Assembly: GCA_951804945.1 (NCBI GenBank)
Contig: OX638166.1
Location: 22,444,001 to 22,508,000, forward strand
Direction: 5' to 3'
Length of the DNA stretch: 64,000 nt
DNA from: Podarcis cretensis
Lineage: Eukaryota
In this document: positions 1 through 13,097 of the stretch, piece by piece
How positions within the stretch are numbered: the stretch's first letter is position 1
How the letters are laid out: the number at the start of each line of letters is the position of its first letter
Translations under genes and position numbers: made by a program
The notes under the pieces: generated by a model
What the model was told of the DNA's origin: nothing
What the model saw: only the letters and a program-made list of their open reading frames with translations
Databases searched by the model: none

Positions 1-107
1 GATCTGAATGATTATTTTATTGTTTTAAAATGTCAGGAATGTAATTGTAACTTTTCATTGTGTGGGTTGATTTGAACTCAATTACAAATAGAATGTTTTA
101 AATATTA

Positions 108-457
108 AAAGTAAAGGGACCCCTGACCATTAGGTCCAGTCGTGATTGACTCTGGGGTTGCAGCGCTCATTTTGCTTTATTGGCCAAGGGAGCTGGCGTA
201 CAGCTTCTGGGTCATGTGGCTAGCATGACTAAGCCGTTTCTGGCAAACCAGAGCAGCGCACGGAAACACCGTTTACCCTTCCGCCGGAGCGGTACCTATT
301 TATGTACTTGCACTTTGACGTGCTTTCAAACTGCTAGGTTGGCAGGAGCAGGGACCAAGCAATGGGAGCTCACCCCATCACGGGGATTCGACCCACCAAC
401 CTTCTGATCAGCAAGTCCTAGGCTCTGTGGTTTAACCCACAGCGCCACCCGCGTCCC
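108..457 (-). mobile_element. Sauria SINE, full length
   Basis: Minus strand begins GGGACGCGGGTGGCGCTGTGGGTTAAACC (tRNA-like head) and ends in an ACCTTT-type tail; flanked by direct repeat gttttaaatatta (95-107, 461-473). Confidence 0.9.
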
Positions 458-589
458 TACGTTTTAAATATTAGTGGGTTCTTTTTTCCTAAATATACTC
501 CAAGACACCCCCCCCCCAAAAAAAAAAAACCACCTTACACTAACCTGCTAGTGAATTGACTTATTCCCCCCCAATTTTGTGCCTTTTAG

Positions 590-695
590 GCACTTCTGGC
601 TAATATGGCTGCTATGTTCGGAGTCTACCATGGCGCTAACGGACTAAAGCACATTGCTAGGAGGGTGCATAATGCCACACTCATCTTAGCTGAAG
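590..695 (+). CDS. GLDC: Glycine decarboxylase, exon 9 equivalent (first exon in window; gene starts upstream)
   Basis: tttag|GCA...GAAG|gtgag; [35 protein letters not shown]; 106 bp. Confidence 0.96.
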
Positions 696-1284
696 GTGAG
701 TTAAAATTAATCTAATGGCTGCATGATGGAGACTCTTCAGAGATTTCAATATTCTGTGCAACAACTGAAATCTGTTTTATGTACTTATTTGTATACTGGT
801 CTTCATTCCAGGGTAGTAAACAACAAGTGCAAATAAAATATTTTATGTAATAAAACTTGTATAATAAAACTTTATTATTAACCAGATAAAATGTAGACAT
901 CATAAGGGAGACCATTTCACTTTGAAACAGCTCTGTGGTAAATATCTGATAAGATAGGCACTCGAGGAAGAGCTTTAGCAGAAGAAATTGAAACTCTGAA
1001 CTAGGATTAAGATAAATTGGAAGACTGCATATCTGAGGAACCAGACGAGGTGGGGAAATAGGCAACAGTGCAGTTTATAGTGATTCATAAGACAGATTTG
1101 GCTACCCCTACCTGCCAACTCTGAACAAATTTAGGCAAGTCTGTTATAACACCAGTAGAAATCCATAATCCCAGCATATTGTTGTTGAAAACCGTATCAA
1201 CCAAAATACTGCAAATTATATGCAGAACATTATAGAAATGTGAGCAGCCAGTGGAGCGAAGAGTTCACATGTTATTTCTGCTAG

Positions 1285-1424
1285 GTCTGAAGAGAGCTGG
1301 TCATAAACTGCAACATGACCTATTTTTTGATACCTTGAAAATCCAGTGTGGATGTGGCGTCCAAGAAGTCTTGCTCCGAGCAGCCCAGAGGCAGATAAAC
1401 CTCCGGATTTACAATGATGGTACA
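1285..1424 (+). CDS. GLDC: GLDC exon 10
   Basis: ctag|GT...ACA|gtaagt; [47 protein letters not shown]; 140 bp. Confidence 0.96.
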
Positions 1425-1901
1425 GTAAGTGATGGCTAAATTTATTCTTGGATGTGTTCCATTCAATGTCACATTGGGGCTGGTTGTCAAAAAACTTTCT
1501 TATGATATCATTAAGCACTAGTGTGATGGAGAAAAATCGAGGCTGCACTTTGGTGGTATCTAACTTCACATAGACTGAGTAAAACATACAGTCAGATATG
1601 CATTATTGGAGATGTAAAAGATCAAAGGCAGATTTGATGCAAATCTTCTGGGATTTGCGTAGAAATTAAAACAAATTTGAGCATGATACATGAAAGGACT
1701 GGCTGTGCTTTAGCCAGGAAGCCCCAAACAATCCTGTCTATGTTGTGTGTCACTCTGAAGTTGGTCTTGATCTCACTGCCAAAGTGAAACTTTGCATAGC
1801 TCATCTCTGGAAAACAAGAACCCTCTGATAGTCACAGAAGAACTGGGGAAAATTGGGAGCCTGCCTAGGTTAGAAAGTCAACATACGATAGTAACACTAT
1901 A

Positions 1902-2120
1902 CAGTGGAAACTTGGGTTGCAGACATAATCCGTGACGGAGGCACGTCTGCAACCCGCAGCGTTTGCATCCTGAAGCACCGCGTCTGTGCAGGCGCCAGCA
2001 CAATTTGGCGCTTCTGTGCACGCGTGAGTGGCAAAACCCGGAAGTAACCCATTCCGGTACTCCGGGTTTCCCACGATCCGCAACCCGAAAATACGTAACC
2101 TGAAGCTTCCGTAACATGAT
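1902..2120. mobile_element. Degenerate Tc1/mariner-type MITE
   Basis: TA-cagtgg left end, CpG-rich body with repeated gcaacccg/cgtaacc motifs; right TIR decayed. Confidence 0.5.
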
Positions 2121-2537
2121 GTATTAGAATTATCCAGACAGCTTTATTGAGAGAGAAATCAATAGTAGAGAGAGGGAGTGTTGCACACCCTTTTCTTTTG
2201 GGGTCTGAATTTTTAAATTCTGCTTCACATTTTCTGAGTTCACTTTCATTAGAGGGGAAAAATGTAAGGGGCAGATTCCATTTACTGGTCCCACTAGCAG
2301 AAGCCTATGCAAGGACTTCCACTCACACAGGGGGATTTTCTTCCTTCCCTTCCCCATCCTCCAGATTGGCTTGGAGAGGTCAAGGTAACCCCATAGTACA
2401 TGGGTTGAGGAGAAGGTCAGTCATTCCATTAGGCAATCAGAAATGCTAATACTGATAACACCTTCTCCTTAGCACTACACTGCATTCCTTCCCTAAATTT
2501 TAAATAGCTGATACATAGTGGAAGTTTGCTGAAATTA

Positions 2538-2796
2538 CCATATTTTTTGCTCTATAAGTCTCACTTTTTCCCTCCTAAAAAGTAAGGGGAAATGTGTGTG
2601 CGTCTTATGGAGCGAATGCAGGCTGCGCAGCTATCCCAGAAGCCAGAACAGCAAGAGGGATCACTTCTTTCGCTGCGCAGCGATCCCTCTTGTTGTTCTG
2701 GCTTCTGAGATTCAAAGTATTTTTTTCCTTGTTTTCCTCCTCCAAAAACTAGGTGTGTCTTATGGTCTGGTGCGTCTTATCGAGCGAAAAATACGG
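2538..2796. mobile_element. Tc1/mariner (pogo/Tigger-like) MITE with internal hairpin
   Basis: TA flanks; TIRs ccatattttttgctctataag / cttatcgagcgaaaaatacgg; internal ~26-bp inverted arms at ~2637-2662 and ~2683-2707. Confidence 0.8.
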
Positions 2797-3099
2797 TAGT
2801 AAGCACAGTTTTGTAAAACATGATGCTCTTCTATAGTTAGAAGAATTGCAGTATACAGTATTAAACCTATGGAGCTACTGAAAATGCAAAAAGATTATTG
2901 TAAGCTTCGACTGGTATCATTTGAACCTGATGAGAAAAATGGTTACTTTCCCCTTCTGTTGTAGTAATAGGGACCTTCACATCACGTTGGTGAAATGTCA
3001 ACAGTTGTTACACTACTTTAATGTTTTGTTTTGTGCTCTTTGAAAGTACACTGTTTTTTCAGTACTAAACTTTGCTTCCTCCCTTCCAACTGTCAATAG

Positions 3100-3213
<114 letters not shown>

Positions 3214-4411
3214 TAATTGGTAGACTCTGTCATGTATTCTACTCAATGTTGATCCAGAGCAGAACTCCAGCGTATAGTTAGCAGAGTAAAAACTTAAGCA
3301 TCTTGCAGGATTCCTAATAATAGACCAGAGGCAACTGTATTTCATCCAACAGAGCTTTACTGCTACTGAAGGCAAATGAGCATAATGGTCACAAATCCAA
3401 TACATTCTGGATTGGCACTGTCCATAAAAAAATCCAATTGCAGCAGACTTAACTTAAACTTACAATAATTTATGATAAGATTGAACCTTAACACTAAGCA
3501 TACTATGTACAGAGCACCACACCAGAGGGAAGAGAAAGTGAAACTCAGGCTCCTCTTGGCCTTACTATTATAGTCAGCATGACCTTGACAGAAAGAGATC
3601 ACAGAACCAGCTTAAGCCAGCTGTACTCAGCTTCTCTGAAGGAATAACCCAAACATCGTGAACCTTCTGCTTATTTCTTTCACACAGAGAAGCTTCCAGA
3701 ACCCTCTTGAATCAATGAGAATAGGAAAGATCTCTTCACATCAGATCAATACTTTCTGTACTAAGAAATGCAAAAGGCCAATATTAAATTTTGAGTCCTT
3801 AAATGGACAGCTGCCTTGGTGATTTAATTCTCCACTTCCACCTCTTGCTAATGTGGTTTGAGTATTGTTTTGTGAGATAATGAGGGATCTGAGTTCAATT
3901 TAATCAACTTGCACTGCACCAAAATTCTGCATTACACAAGATATGGTAGGAAATATTAGCTTTCAGCAATGAGAAGAGTGGGCCAGTAAAGAAAATTATT
4001 CTACCTCCCCCAATTATTATTTAAAAAAAAACTCCTCTAGTGACTTTGATTTATGGGAACTAAATGTTATTTCCACCTTCTGAAAGACTAGAAGTGTATA
4101 CCCAGATATTTCTAATTCTTATGTTCTGTACATACTTCAGATTAAGAGAAAACTTTTAAAGAAAATATCCTTGCAGACAAAATGCTCATGGCAGTCTTCT
4201 TTTAAGAGCAATTTGCCTTGCTTTTGAATTAGGCATAACAGGGTTTCCCTGTATCCAGGGAGCTGGAGAAAGATTTGCCTTTACATAAATACCATGAAAG
4301 CAGAAGTGCTGAAACAAGGACAGTTTTTTCCCTACTGCCTGACAGAATAAATTCTTTTTGAGGGATAATGAGTAACGTCTTAAGAGCCCCCCGTCTGTCT
4401 TGTTTTGAAAG

Positions 4412-4509
4412 GAACTGGTTGCTGAGAGCATGGACGGAGAAACGAGAGGTATTTTTGGCACTGCGTTTAAGAGAACATCGAAATTCCTAACACATCAGGT
4501 ATTCAACAG
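4412..4509 (+). CDS. GLDC: GLDC exon 12
   Basis: aaag|GAA...AG|gtttgt; [32 protein letters not shown]; 98 bp. Confidence 0.95.
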
Positions 4510-4832
4510 GTTTGTGAAATTAATTAATTTCCCCTTGATATCATCTGAGAAAAGAAGTTTATGGGATTATAATTGTGAGAGAGAAATTTGGTTTAGTATT
4601 TCAAAACATTGCTGTGATGTAAGCCATGGGGCAGTGGCGGCAGCTTGTTCCCGCAACTGTGGATGCCTAGGACTGCCACCGTCACCAGGGGGTGCTGTAC
4701 GTCATCATGCCCCCCCCCCCAGCATTCTGTGATCTCTGGCACACATAGTGGGGTTTGGTGACTTAGCGTGTTCACGCTGGGAGGGGGGGCGTGTTGACGT
4801 AGAGACTTGTGGGATCCAGGACCCTGAGGATT

Positions 4833-4833
<1 letters not shown>

Positions 4834-4884
<51 letters not shown>

Positions 4885-5214
4885 TTATTATTTATACCCC
4901 GCCCATCTGGCTGAGTTTCCCCAGCCACTCTGGGCGGCTCCCAATCAAGTATTAAAAACAGTACAGCGTTACATATTAAAAACTTCCCTGAACAGGGCTG
5001 CCTTAAGATGTCTTCTGAATGTCAGGTAGTTGTTTATCTCTTTGACATCTGATGGGAGGGCGTTCCACAGGGCGGGCGCCACTACCGAGAAGGCCCTCTG
5101 CCTGGTTCCCTGTAGCCTCACTTCTCGCAATGAGGGAACCTCCAGAAGGCCCTCTGCGCTGGATCTCAGTGTCTGGGCTGAATGATGAGGGTGGAGACGC
5201 TCCTTCAGGTATAC
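4834..5214 (-). mobile_element. L2-clade LINE 3' fragment with (ATT)n tail
   Basis: ORF2 C-terminus ...QRAFSVVAPALWNALPSDVKEINNYLTFRRHLKAALF, 3' stem-loop, (TAA)n at 4834-4880; near-identical to copies at 16508 and 45346. Confidence 0.8.
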
Positions 5215-5346
5215 AGATTTGACGCTTATGACACGGGGCAAGTTAAGGATTGAGTTACCTAGCTTACGTTTTTATCATTCATATTTACAATGCAGCCTAA
5301 ATAACTGTGGGCAGAAATGCCTCAATCTAGCAATCCTATATCTATC

Positions 5347-5800
5347 TGTTATGGCTATCGGGTGGCTACTCAAGAGCAATCAGGCAAGGTGCCTCACTGA
5401 TCTGTTCTAAAGCTTTATTGATGCTAAAAACCTTTACAATGCAGAGCGCCTCTATTCCACATCTTGCTCATTCACTAGCAGAATCTGAGAGTGGGCGGTC
5501 CTTAAATCTTCCCCAGCAGAGTAGTCTCTTGACCCCCAGCCTACGCCTCCCCTCTCTGCGTGAAAGCCTTCTGCACAAGGAAAGCGTGGGTAAAGGGGGA
5601 CCTCCCTCCTCCCCACTTTGCTCAGGCAAGGTGTCCTGGCACCGCCTTGCATCCTCCGAGCCCTGCAGCTCCTCCCCACTAGAGGCATGGCTTCCTTCAT
5701 CCGCTGAGGAGGTGCTGCTTCCCACGATCTTTGGGGGCTCTCTGTAATCCATCCGCCTTCCCCCCCCCCTCGCCCCTGAGCCGATGGCAGTTCCCTGACA
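5347..5800 (-). mobile_element. Solo LTR (454 bp), probably Gypsy-type
   Basis: Minus strand TGTCAGGGAACTGCC...CCATAACA; perfect 5-bp TSD ctatc (5342-5346, 5801-5805); AATAAA inside the 3' part. Confidence 0.88.
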
Positions 5801-6306
5801 CTATCACTTGATAGCATGGGCATACTGTTCATGGGACGGTCATGGTTCTACTAAGTAGCACACTATGACCTGATCCAAGTCCAAGTTTGGTTTACTGTTA
5901 CCGTGTGAACAGGCTGGCTCCCATTTTGCACCCACTTGGGTTTCTCCAGGCTAAACCAAGGTTTGGTTTAATATATCCAAATCCAGGATCAATGTGGAAG
6001 TCTCTCCTGCTTAACCAAAATATACAGCCATAGGGCAAACCTTACAATAGACCATGATTATGGAGGAGAGACCTTAACCACAATTCTGGGTTTGGACAAC
6101 ACACTAAACCAAACTTTTTAACCAATTAGTGCTTATTATATTTGTACTGTTTGCATTATGTAGAGAAAGTAAATTTAACTTCAGTTTTCAAGATAAATAG
6201 GAAAGTTGAAGACGGGCTGGGAAAGGTCCAGTGGTTTTCATTGTTTTATGTATTTCATGGCTTGTGTGGTTAACTGGTTTGCTAACGTAGGTTTTTGTGT
6301 CTCCAG

Positions 6307-6391
6307 CTATCACTCTGAAACAAATATTGTCCGGTATATGAAGAGATTAGAAAACAAAGATATTTCCCTAGTTCACAGCATGATTCCTTTG
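6307..6391 (+). CDS. GLDC: GLDC exon 13
   Basis: ccag|C TAT...TTG|gtaggt; [28 protein letters not shown]; 85 bp. Confidence 0.97.
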
Positions 6392-6535
6392 GTAGGTATT
6401 AATTTAAAAAGAAAAAAAAAAGGCAGTTGCTGGTGTCCTTGGTTGAAATATACTGACTACGTTTTCTTTTCTTCTGCATGATTCTTGTTTTCATTTTTAT
6501 GTTTTTACTTACTGAATACATTTTCTGCTCCTCAG

Positions 6536-6577
6536 GGATCTTGTACAATGAAGTTGAATAGTTCATCAGAACTTACA
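6536..6577 (+). CDS. GLDC: GLDC exon 14
   Basis: ctcag|GGA...ACA|gtaagc; GSCTMKLNSSSELT; 42 bp. Confidence 0.96.
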
Positions 6578-6982
6578 GTAAGCTTTTTCATTTTTATTTT
6601 CTGAGAGATGTGTAGCTAATCAAGCAATAATAGCCCTTACCCCAGAATTCCATGTGAACATTAAGTAAAATTAAAGATTGGGGGGTAGATTTAAATAAGC
6701 TTTCTTCTCCTAAGAGTATTTTGTGTCTTTGGTGAAATCCTTGTGGAAGTGCTCTTGTGAATGGTCCCAGCAACCTTGGGTATATGGTAGTTTTTGAAAT
6801 AAAAATTGAAATCACAGGACCCACTTGCTATGATGCGCCCACTATGCATCATTGTAGATAAACAAGAAAGTTGTGGAATCCACTTTAAGATAACTTGGAC
6901 ACAGAATCCTATTTAAATTCAAAAGGGTGGAGACGTATTTGATAATATTTGCCTTAAGTATTTGCTCTATTGGTGCATGACA

Positions 6983-7120
6983 CAAGTTTCCTCTACCTCG
7001 GCCCTCCAGAAGTTTTTTTGGCCTACAACTCCCATGATCCCTAGCTAGCAGGACCAGTGGTCAGGGATGATGGGAATTGTAGTCTCAAAACATCTGGAGG
7101 GTCAAGGTTGAGGAAGCCTG
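6983..7120. mobile_element. Palindromic hAT-type MITE
   Basis: ccctccaga...acaactcccat / atgggaattgtagt...tctggaggg inverted arms; same family at 21415, 48489, 60738. Confidence 0.75.
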
Positions 7121-7447
7121 CTCTATTTCATAAAGCTTTCTAGATTATTTATATTCAAAACTGTTCAGCAAAATGAATCAGTTCTGTAATGCAGAGAAGA
7201 AATAGTATACTGATGACTTTTAATAATGACTTTTTTAATGCCATTTGATTTGTATTTTTTAAAAATGTGGCTTTTTTCAAGTTTATAATCATGTTTTCTA
7301 GCTGGTAATAATGAGCAACCTATTTTTACGGTGTGGAAACCTAAAAGTCATATATATCATAAGTATCCTATATAATTGGTGTTCAAAAATTCTTCAACCC
7401 AAAAGTATTCACTTTCCCTTCCGTGTTTGTGTTTTTCTTTTCTGCAG

Positions 7448-7590
7448 CCGATTACATGGAAAGAATTTGCCAATATCCACCCCTTTGTACCTCTAGATCA
7501 GGCTCAAGGATACCAGCAGCTTTTCAGGGAGCTTGAGAAGGATCTGTGTGAGATAACAGGCTATGACAGAATTTCTTTTCAACCGAACAG
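7448..7590 (+). CDS. GLDC: GLDC exon 15
   Basis: tgcag|CCG...AG|gtagga; [47 protein letters not shown]; 143 bp. Confidence 0.97.
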
Positions 7591-8086
7591 GTAGGAACAA
7601 TCTTGCTTGAACCAGTGTTTTACAGGCACACTTGCCGTACTTCCTGCTTTTCCTAAGGGCTGTTTCACACATCCATTTCCCTACCCAGATATTCCTCCTA
7701 GCACATCTACTGCATGTTGCTCCATCACATGTGACAAATGGCATGTGTGCATGTGGTACAATAGACAGCTCAGGAATGAAAGGTTTGAGCTGATGTAGTG
7801 AAAATGATTATATTTTGGGTGTCTACATGGATAGGCAGAGCTTTTGGTTCCAGTAGCAACTATCTGATTTCTGAAGGTGCATGTGATTTGGAGAACTTCT
7901 GTAAAATGACAGCAGTTTGGTCACTTGCCCTCAATGACAGAGTTTTCCCCACTGCAGAAGCCCTGTGACAGAAGAAGCACTACTAGCAAATTTGCTCACT
8001 GTTGTTAAATATGTTAAAGGCCAGGTCAGGAATGGCTAACTGTAATAAACAGCATTGCTACAATATGCTGGTTAACTGAATATCCT

Positions 8087-8679
8087 TTCTTTTCTTTTTC
8101 TTTTTTGCATCTGTGTTTGTTGTTTTTTTAAAAACTTTTTAAATTCAAAGTTAAAACAAAACATATTATCCAGAAACATATCATCCTTATTTTTCCCCCC
8201 ATTTTTCCTCCCTCCCCCCACCCTCCCACACAAAACCCACCCACCCCCACCCCCAGGCTTCCCTCAGTTCCAGTCTTTGATTTCTCTAAGAATGCTGTTT
8301 TCTGCATGTTACACAGTTGTATAGATCCTCAAACTATTTAGCTGATTATTATCAATTAAAAGTTTGTGAATGTTTATTCAAAACCAGCCAAGGAATCCAG
8401 TTCGCTTTGTTGCGTCTTCAAATACTTTGTAAAGGGTTCCCATTCATCTTTAAAGTCACAGTTATCCTTGTCCCATGGCTTATATGTCAGTTTTGCCAGT
8501 TCTGCATAGTCCATCAATTTTTCTTGCCATGATTCTTTAGTTGAGGCTTCTTCAGTCTTCCATCCTTATGCTATTAGAACTCTTGCAGCCGTTGTCACAT
8601 ACATGAAGATGTTTTCCAGCTTTTTTGGCAGATCTTTCCCTACAATCCCTAACAAAAATGCTTCAGGTTTTTTAACAAA
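8087..8679 (-). mobile_element. 5'-truncated L1-clade LINE flanked by 84-bp direct repeats
   Basis: Minus strand reads FVKKPEAFLLGIVGKDLPKKLENIFMYVTTAARVLIA*GWK...LMDYAELAKLT (L1 ORF2 C-terminus), G-rich 3'UTR and A-rich tail; duplication at 8003-8086 / 8680-8763. Confidence 0.85.
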
Positions 8680-9083
8680 TGTTAAATATGTTAAAGGCCA
8701 GGTCAGGAATGGCCAACTGTAATGAACAGCATTGCTACAATATGCTGGTTAACTGAATATCCTGACGTCTTTCCCTTTCCTTGACTTCTTCAGGGAAGCA
8801 AAAAGGCTATACTGTAGCATGAACCGCTTAGAGATGAGAATCTGTTCATCTCGAATGATTTAACTTGTGTCATGCACCAATAAGAGATTATATTTCACAT
8901 CTTTTTTCTGTGTGTATATATTTCAGCTAGACAGGATATGTGTGCGCAGCCCAAATTGTAGACATGAACAATACTTGTTCCTGGTGAATGATTAAACTGA
9001 CTTGATTAACTAAATTTTCAAAAACTGGGTGCTGAGCCAAGCTGCTCAGACGCGTTATTATAATAAGCTTTGTGGTCTTGCAG

Positions 9084-9159
9084 TGGAGCTCAAGGCGAAT
9101 ATGCTGGACTTGCTGCAATCAAGTCTTATTTAAATTCAAAAGGAGAATGGCACAGAAGT
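9084..9159 (+). CDS. GLDC: GLDC exon 16
   Basis: tgcag|T GGA...AGT|gtaagt; [25 protein letters not shown]; 76 bp. Confidence 0.96.
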
Positions 9160-10669
9160 GTAAGTGAAAAAGATGAACTTTGTTTAACTCCTGAACTGAC
9201 AATCCTGCATGCTACTACTCATGCTTAGGGGGTGGCACTTGTTTATCAATGAATGGCTGTACTGAATGTATGATTTGGGGCCTGTTTGCATGGGCAAGAC
9301 CTCCTCTGTTTACCTTTGCATCCACTCTCCTTTTTATTGAGAGACTAACAACATTGCAAACGTCTTTCCCTTTCGTGCACAAGTAGCCATTCTGTCAAGA
9401 TTCCATAAATACCACCGGTAAGTGCCACAGATCACTGTTGAACCAGATGACTTTGAATCAGTAGTTGTATTATGCAGAACTGCATAATAATCGGTAAACT
9501 TACCGTTTTCACTTTACAAGGGAACAGATAGAGGGAAGGGACCGGAATAAACCATATTTTGTGTTCAACGTTGAAGCAGTTCCGTAAACCCGTGGGATAC
9601 CTAAATCCCTTATTGTTAGAGTAGAGACATTACTTACCAGGCGTCCATAAATATTCTGGTCAGTTGTGAGTGGGTATCTTTTATTTTAGGAAGAACGTTT
9701 GTGGTGCCTGCCTCTGCTGAGCTCATTTTGGTTTTTGCAGTTTATTTATTATTTATTTAATAAAATTAATTCACTGCTTGATTGTAAAAAAAGCAAAACC
9801 CTCAAAGCAGCTTATAAAAAGGTAAAACAAGAAAAAACACAACCCTACTTTAAAGCCTACAAATGTTAAAATACTAAAACAGAATAAAATTACATCGACT
9901 TCCTAAGCATCTGGGTTTAGGGACCTCTCTGCATTTGATTTCTCTCCCCCAGCTCACTATGACTATGGGAACTATTTTCTCCTCGCTGGGACAGGAACAG
10001 GGGTTCAGTACAGCAATACTTCTGGGCTTCAGAATCCTCTCTGTTTCTGAAGTTCGGCCCTGCGCCAAAGTCAGCCAAAATTCATGTACCCCAACCAACA
10101 ACTCGCAGTATAGCAGCAAAGAGTGAAACATAATCCATACCAAAGCATTTCACAGGTTTATTGAAAGTGGTTGTTGGTCTGTTTTTGTTCCTCAGTTATC
10201 TGTCCATCAATGAAAGTTGTTGCTGAAGTATAGTATATTCTGTTGTACTGGAGTGCAGCTAGGCACACATTTTGCAGTTTTGCTGCAGAAATCCAGGAGC
10301 TAGCTCATTAGTGGCATGAAAGCAGAGTTGAGATTAGAAGAAAGGGCATGCCAGGGGCTGGCTCTGGGTACTGAGATTTTTCAAAACCTCACTGGGGCAG
10401 CCAGAAGGCTTTTGTGCTGGGATTAGAGCAGTGTTGTTAATTGAAATTCATAGCTAGGATACTTTGAACATGCAGAGGTATTAGCATCAATATCCTTGCT
10501 TTTCAACAAACAATCTATTATTAGGGCTTCATTTAAAAATTCCACCTCTTGCTTCCCCACCCAGCCCAATGCACCCAATATAAAAAACTAAATAGCAGAT
10601 AAACATTTGCTGTTTACTCTGTATAGTTGACTCAGAACCATGAAGCAAGGAATAAGTTTTAAAATTAAA

Positions 10670-10865
10670 TAATTGTCCAGTAGCACCTTAGAGTCCAACT
10701 TAGTTCTGCGTATAAGCTTTCGTGTTCATGCACACCTCTTCAGCATGCACAAGAAAGCTTATACCCAGAACTAACTTAGTTGGTCTCTTAGGTGCTCCTG
10801 GTCAATTTTTTAATTATTATTTTTTTGTCTGCATCAGACCAACACGGCTACCTACCTGAATCTAT
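10670..10865. mobile_element. Penelope-like element terminal relic in inverted (fold-back) arrangement
   Basis: Inverted arms gtccagtagcaccttagag...aagctttc / gaaagctt...ctcttaggtgctcctggtc; hammerhead-like core CTGAAGA...GAAAGCTTATA on - at 10711-10743. Confidence 0.7.
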
Positions 10866-11327
10866 GAAGGAAGGAGATGTCTGTTTTCTTCTTCCCACAG
10901 TCAATGAATTAGCGACATACTATTTGATTCAGCTTTTGCTGCAGAATAGGCATCTTTTTAGATCTGATGACTCCCCCATTCAGAAATATTTATCATCCAT
11001 AATTTATTGCAGTTTCTTTTCCTCTCACTTTCTGTGGGGTTGCGAAGCACCGCTGTCTAAAGTGCCACCATTTTTCATTTACTAACTTGCACGTAGTAAT
11101 AAAGCAGCGCCTGCCAGACTAACTCAGATGGCATTTCCTGGGGGGGGGGGGTGCCCCTGGCATGCACAGCTTCCTGGAGGGGCAGAATTCTCCCACATTC
11201 AGAATTCTCCCTCTTTTCCCTTCATGTGATCAAACTGAACACCTGAAGAGAGTTCAGAGGGCTGCAAAATGTACCTTTAGTTGGCTTTTGCAAGGTTGAC
11301 ACTCTCTTAACTTTTCCCCCTGTTAAG

Positions 11328-11453
11328 GTTTGTCTCATTCCTAAATCTGCCCATGGCACTAACCCAGCCAGTGCTCAGATGGCAGGAATGAAGATTCAGC
11401 CAGTAGAAGTGGATAAAAACGGAAGCATCGATATCATTCATCTTAAGGCTATG
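11328..11453 (+). CDS. GLDC: GLDC exon 17
   Basis: ttaag|GTT...ATG|gtgagt; [42 protein letters not shown]; 126 bp. Confidence 0.97.
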
Positions 11454-11963
11454 GTGAGTTGCTCACCCTTCTTTTGAATGCATTATGGTATTATAAGCTT
11501 CGGCTAAAAACTCTTTAATTTTCAATGGGCATATAAAATTGCATAGAAAAGGAAGCTGTGCCTATCTTCTTCTTCTTTTGGCAAAATATTATGCAAATCT
11601 TAAATGTGTAGCTTCAGTTGTTAACATGTGCGATAGCCTATCTTATTTTGAGAGTCAGGTTATTTTCCCTCTTATTTGCTACAATTTGAGTGGAAACCAG
11701 ATAACATGAAAGAGCAGATGATAAGCAACTGCAGCAATGAAGTGTTTGCTGCAATAGAGCATTGTCTGAAGGGAAGACTGTAAATCGAGGTCACCAACCT
11801 GTTGCTTCTGGAGGTAGCCCAGGTTCTGAGTTTTCATTTTTCAATGAAAGTGAGTCTCTAGCCTGCTTGCCTGCATAGAAATAAAGTTATGGAACAAAAT
11901 GTCCAAGTACCTTCTAAGCAATTTCTGTGGCTACCCCTGCTATAAATGCTCTGATTTCCTTGA

Positions 11964-12206
<243 letters not shown>

Positions 12207-12621
12207 TGAATTTGTGAATTGTGCTTAAAAATAAATTTTAAAAGTGATATTTTGTACCACTTTAATAATGAATAATAATTGACTGGACATAATTAACCAC
12301 ACTATGAATCTTGTTATTTAAAAAAGTCAAGAATCTTGTCTCTAACCTTTCCATAAAATCTAAAACTACATTTTACAAGTTTTGTTTTAGGTAAAATAAA
12401 TACTGAAATTTAGTTACAGCTTCACATATATAAGGTAGAGCTATATGCTAATCTTTGTTTTGTTGATTTTTTTTTAGCAACAGCAAACTTCTGTTTTTAA
12501 AAGAATCTTAATTCTTTTCATCAGCAGACTTGATTCTGAAAAACTAAATAATCTCATTTGTTTAGCCCTCTAATCCCTTCTCTTTGGTTTTTGAAACTTT
12601 GTGTTCTCCTTCCTTTGATAG

Positions 12622-12777
<156 letters not shown>

Positions 12778-13097
12778 TGATATTTTAAGTAGTCCAGTGC
12801 TATAGATATGGAATATGGCAGTACATAGCCTCACTAATGATGACTGTCTATGGATAGAAAGATGGAAAGCTTGATTCCTTATGAGCCTTTGATGTTTTAT
12901 TTAAGGATTATTTTGTTGATTTAAAGAACCTTTATTTTATGGAGGGATTACATTAAGTGGAACATTGCCACTGTATATAGGACTAACGTTAAGATGACTT
13001 CATAAAAGTCGTAAGCTAGTTTTAACACGATGGCAATGGTGCAGTGGGAGAGAGTTTTATTTCTAAATCCTTTTCTCTTTTTTTGGTTCCATTTTAG

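Noticed and set aside
380-457. tRNA-like sequence (also at ~13248 and ~44100-44174)
   Set aside because: tRNA-derived head of Sauria SINEs, continuous with the SINE body; not a tRNA gene
4593-4928. ORF with a poly-Ile run (and similar low-complexity ORFs at 16804, 55132, 55181)
   Set aside because: Translations of microsatellite tails
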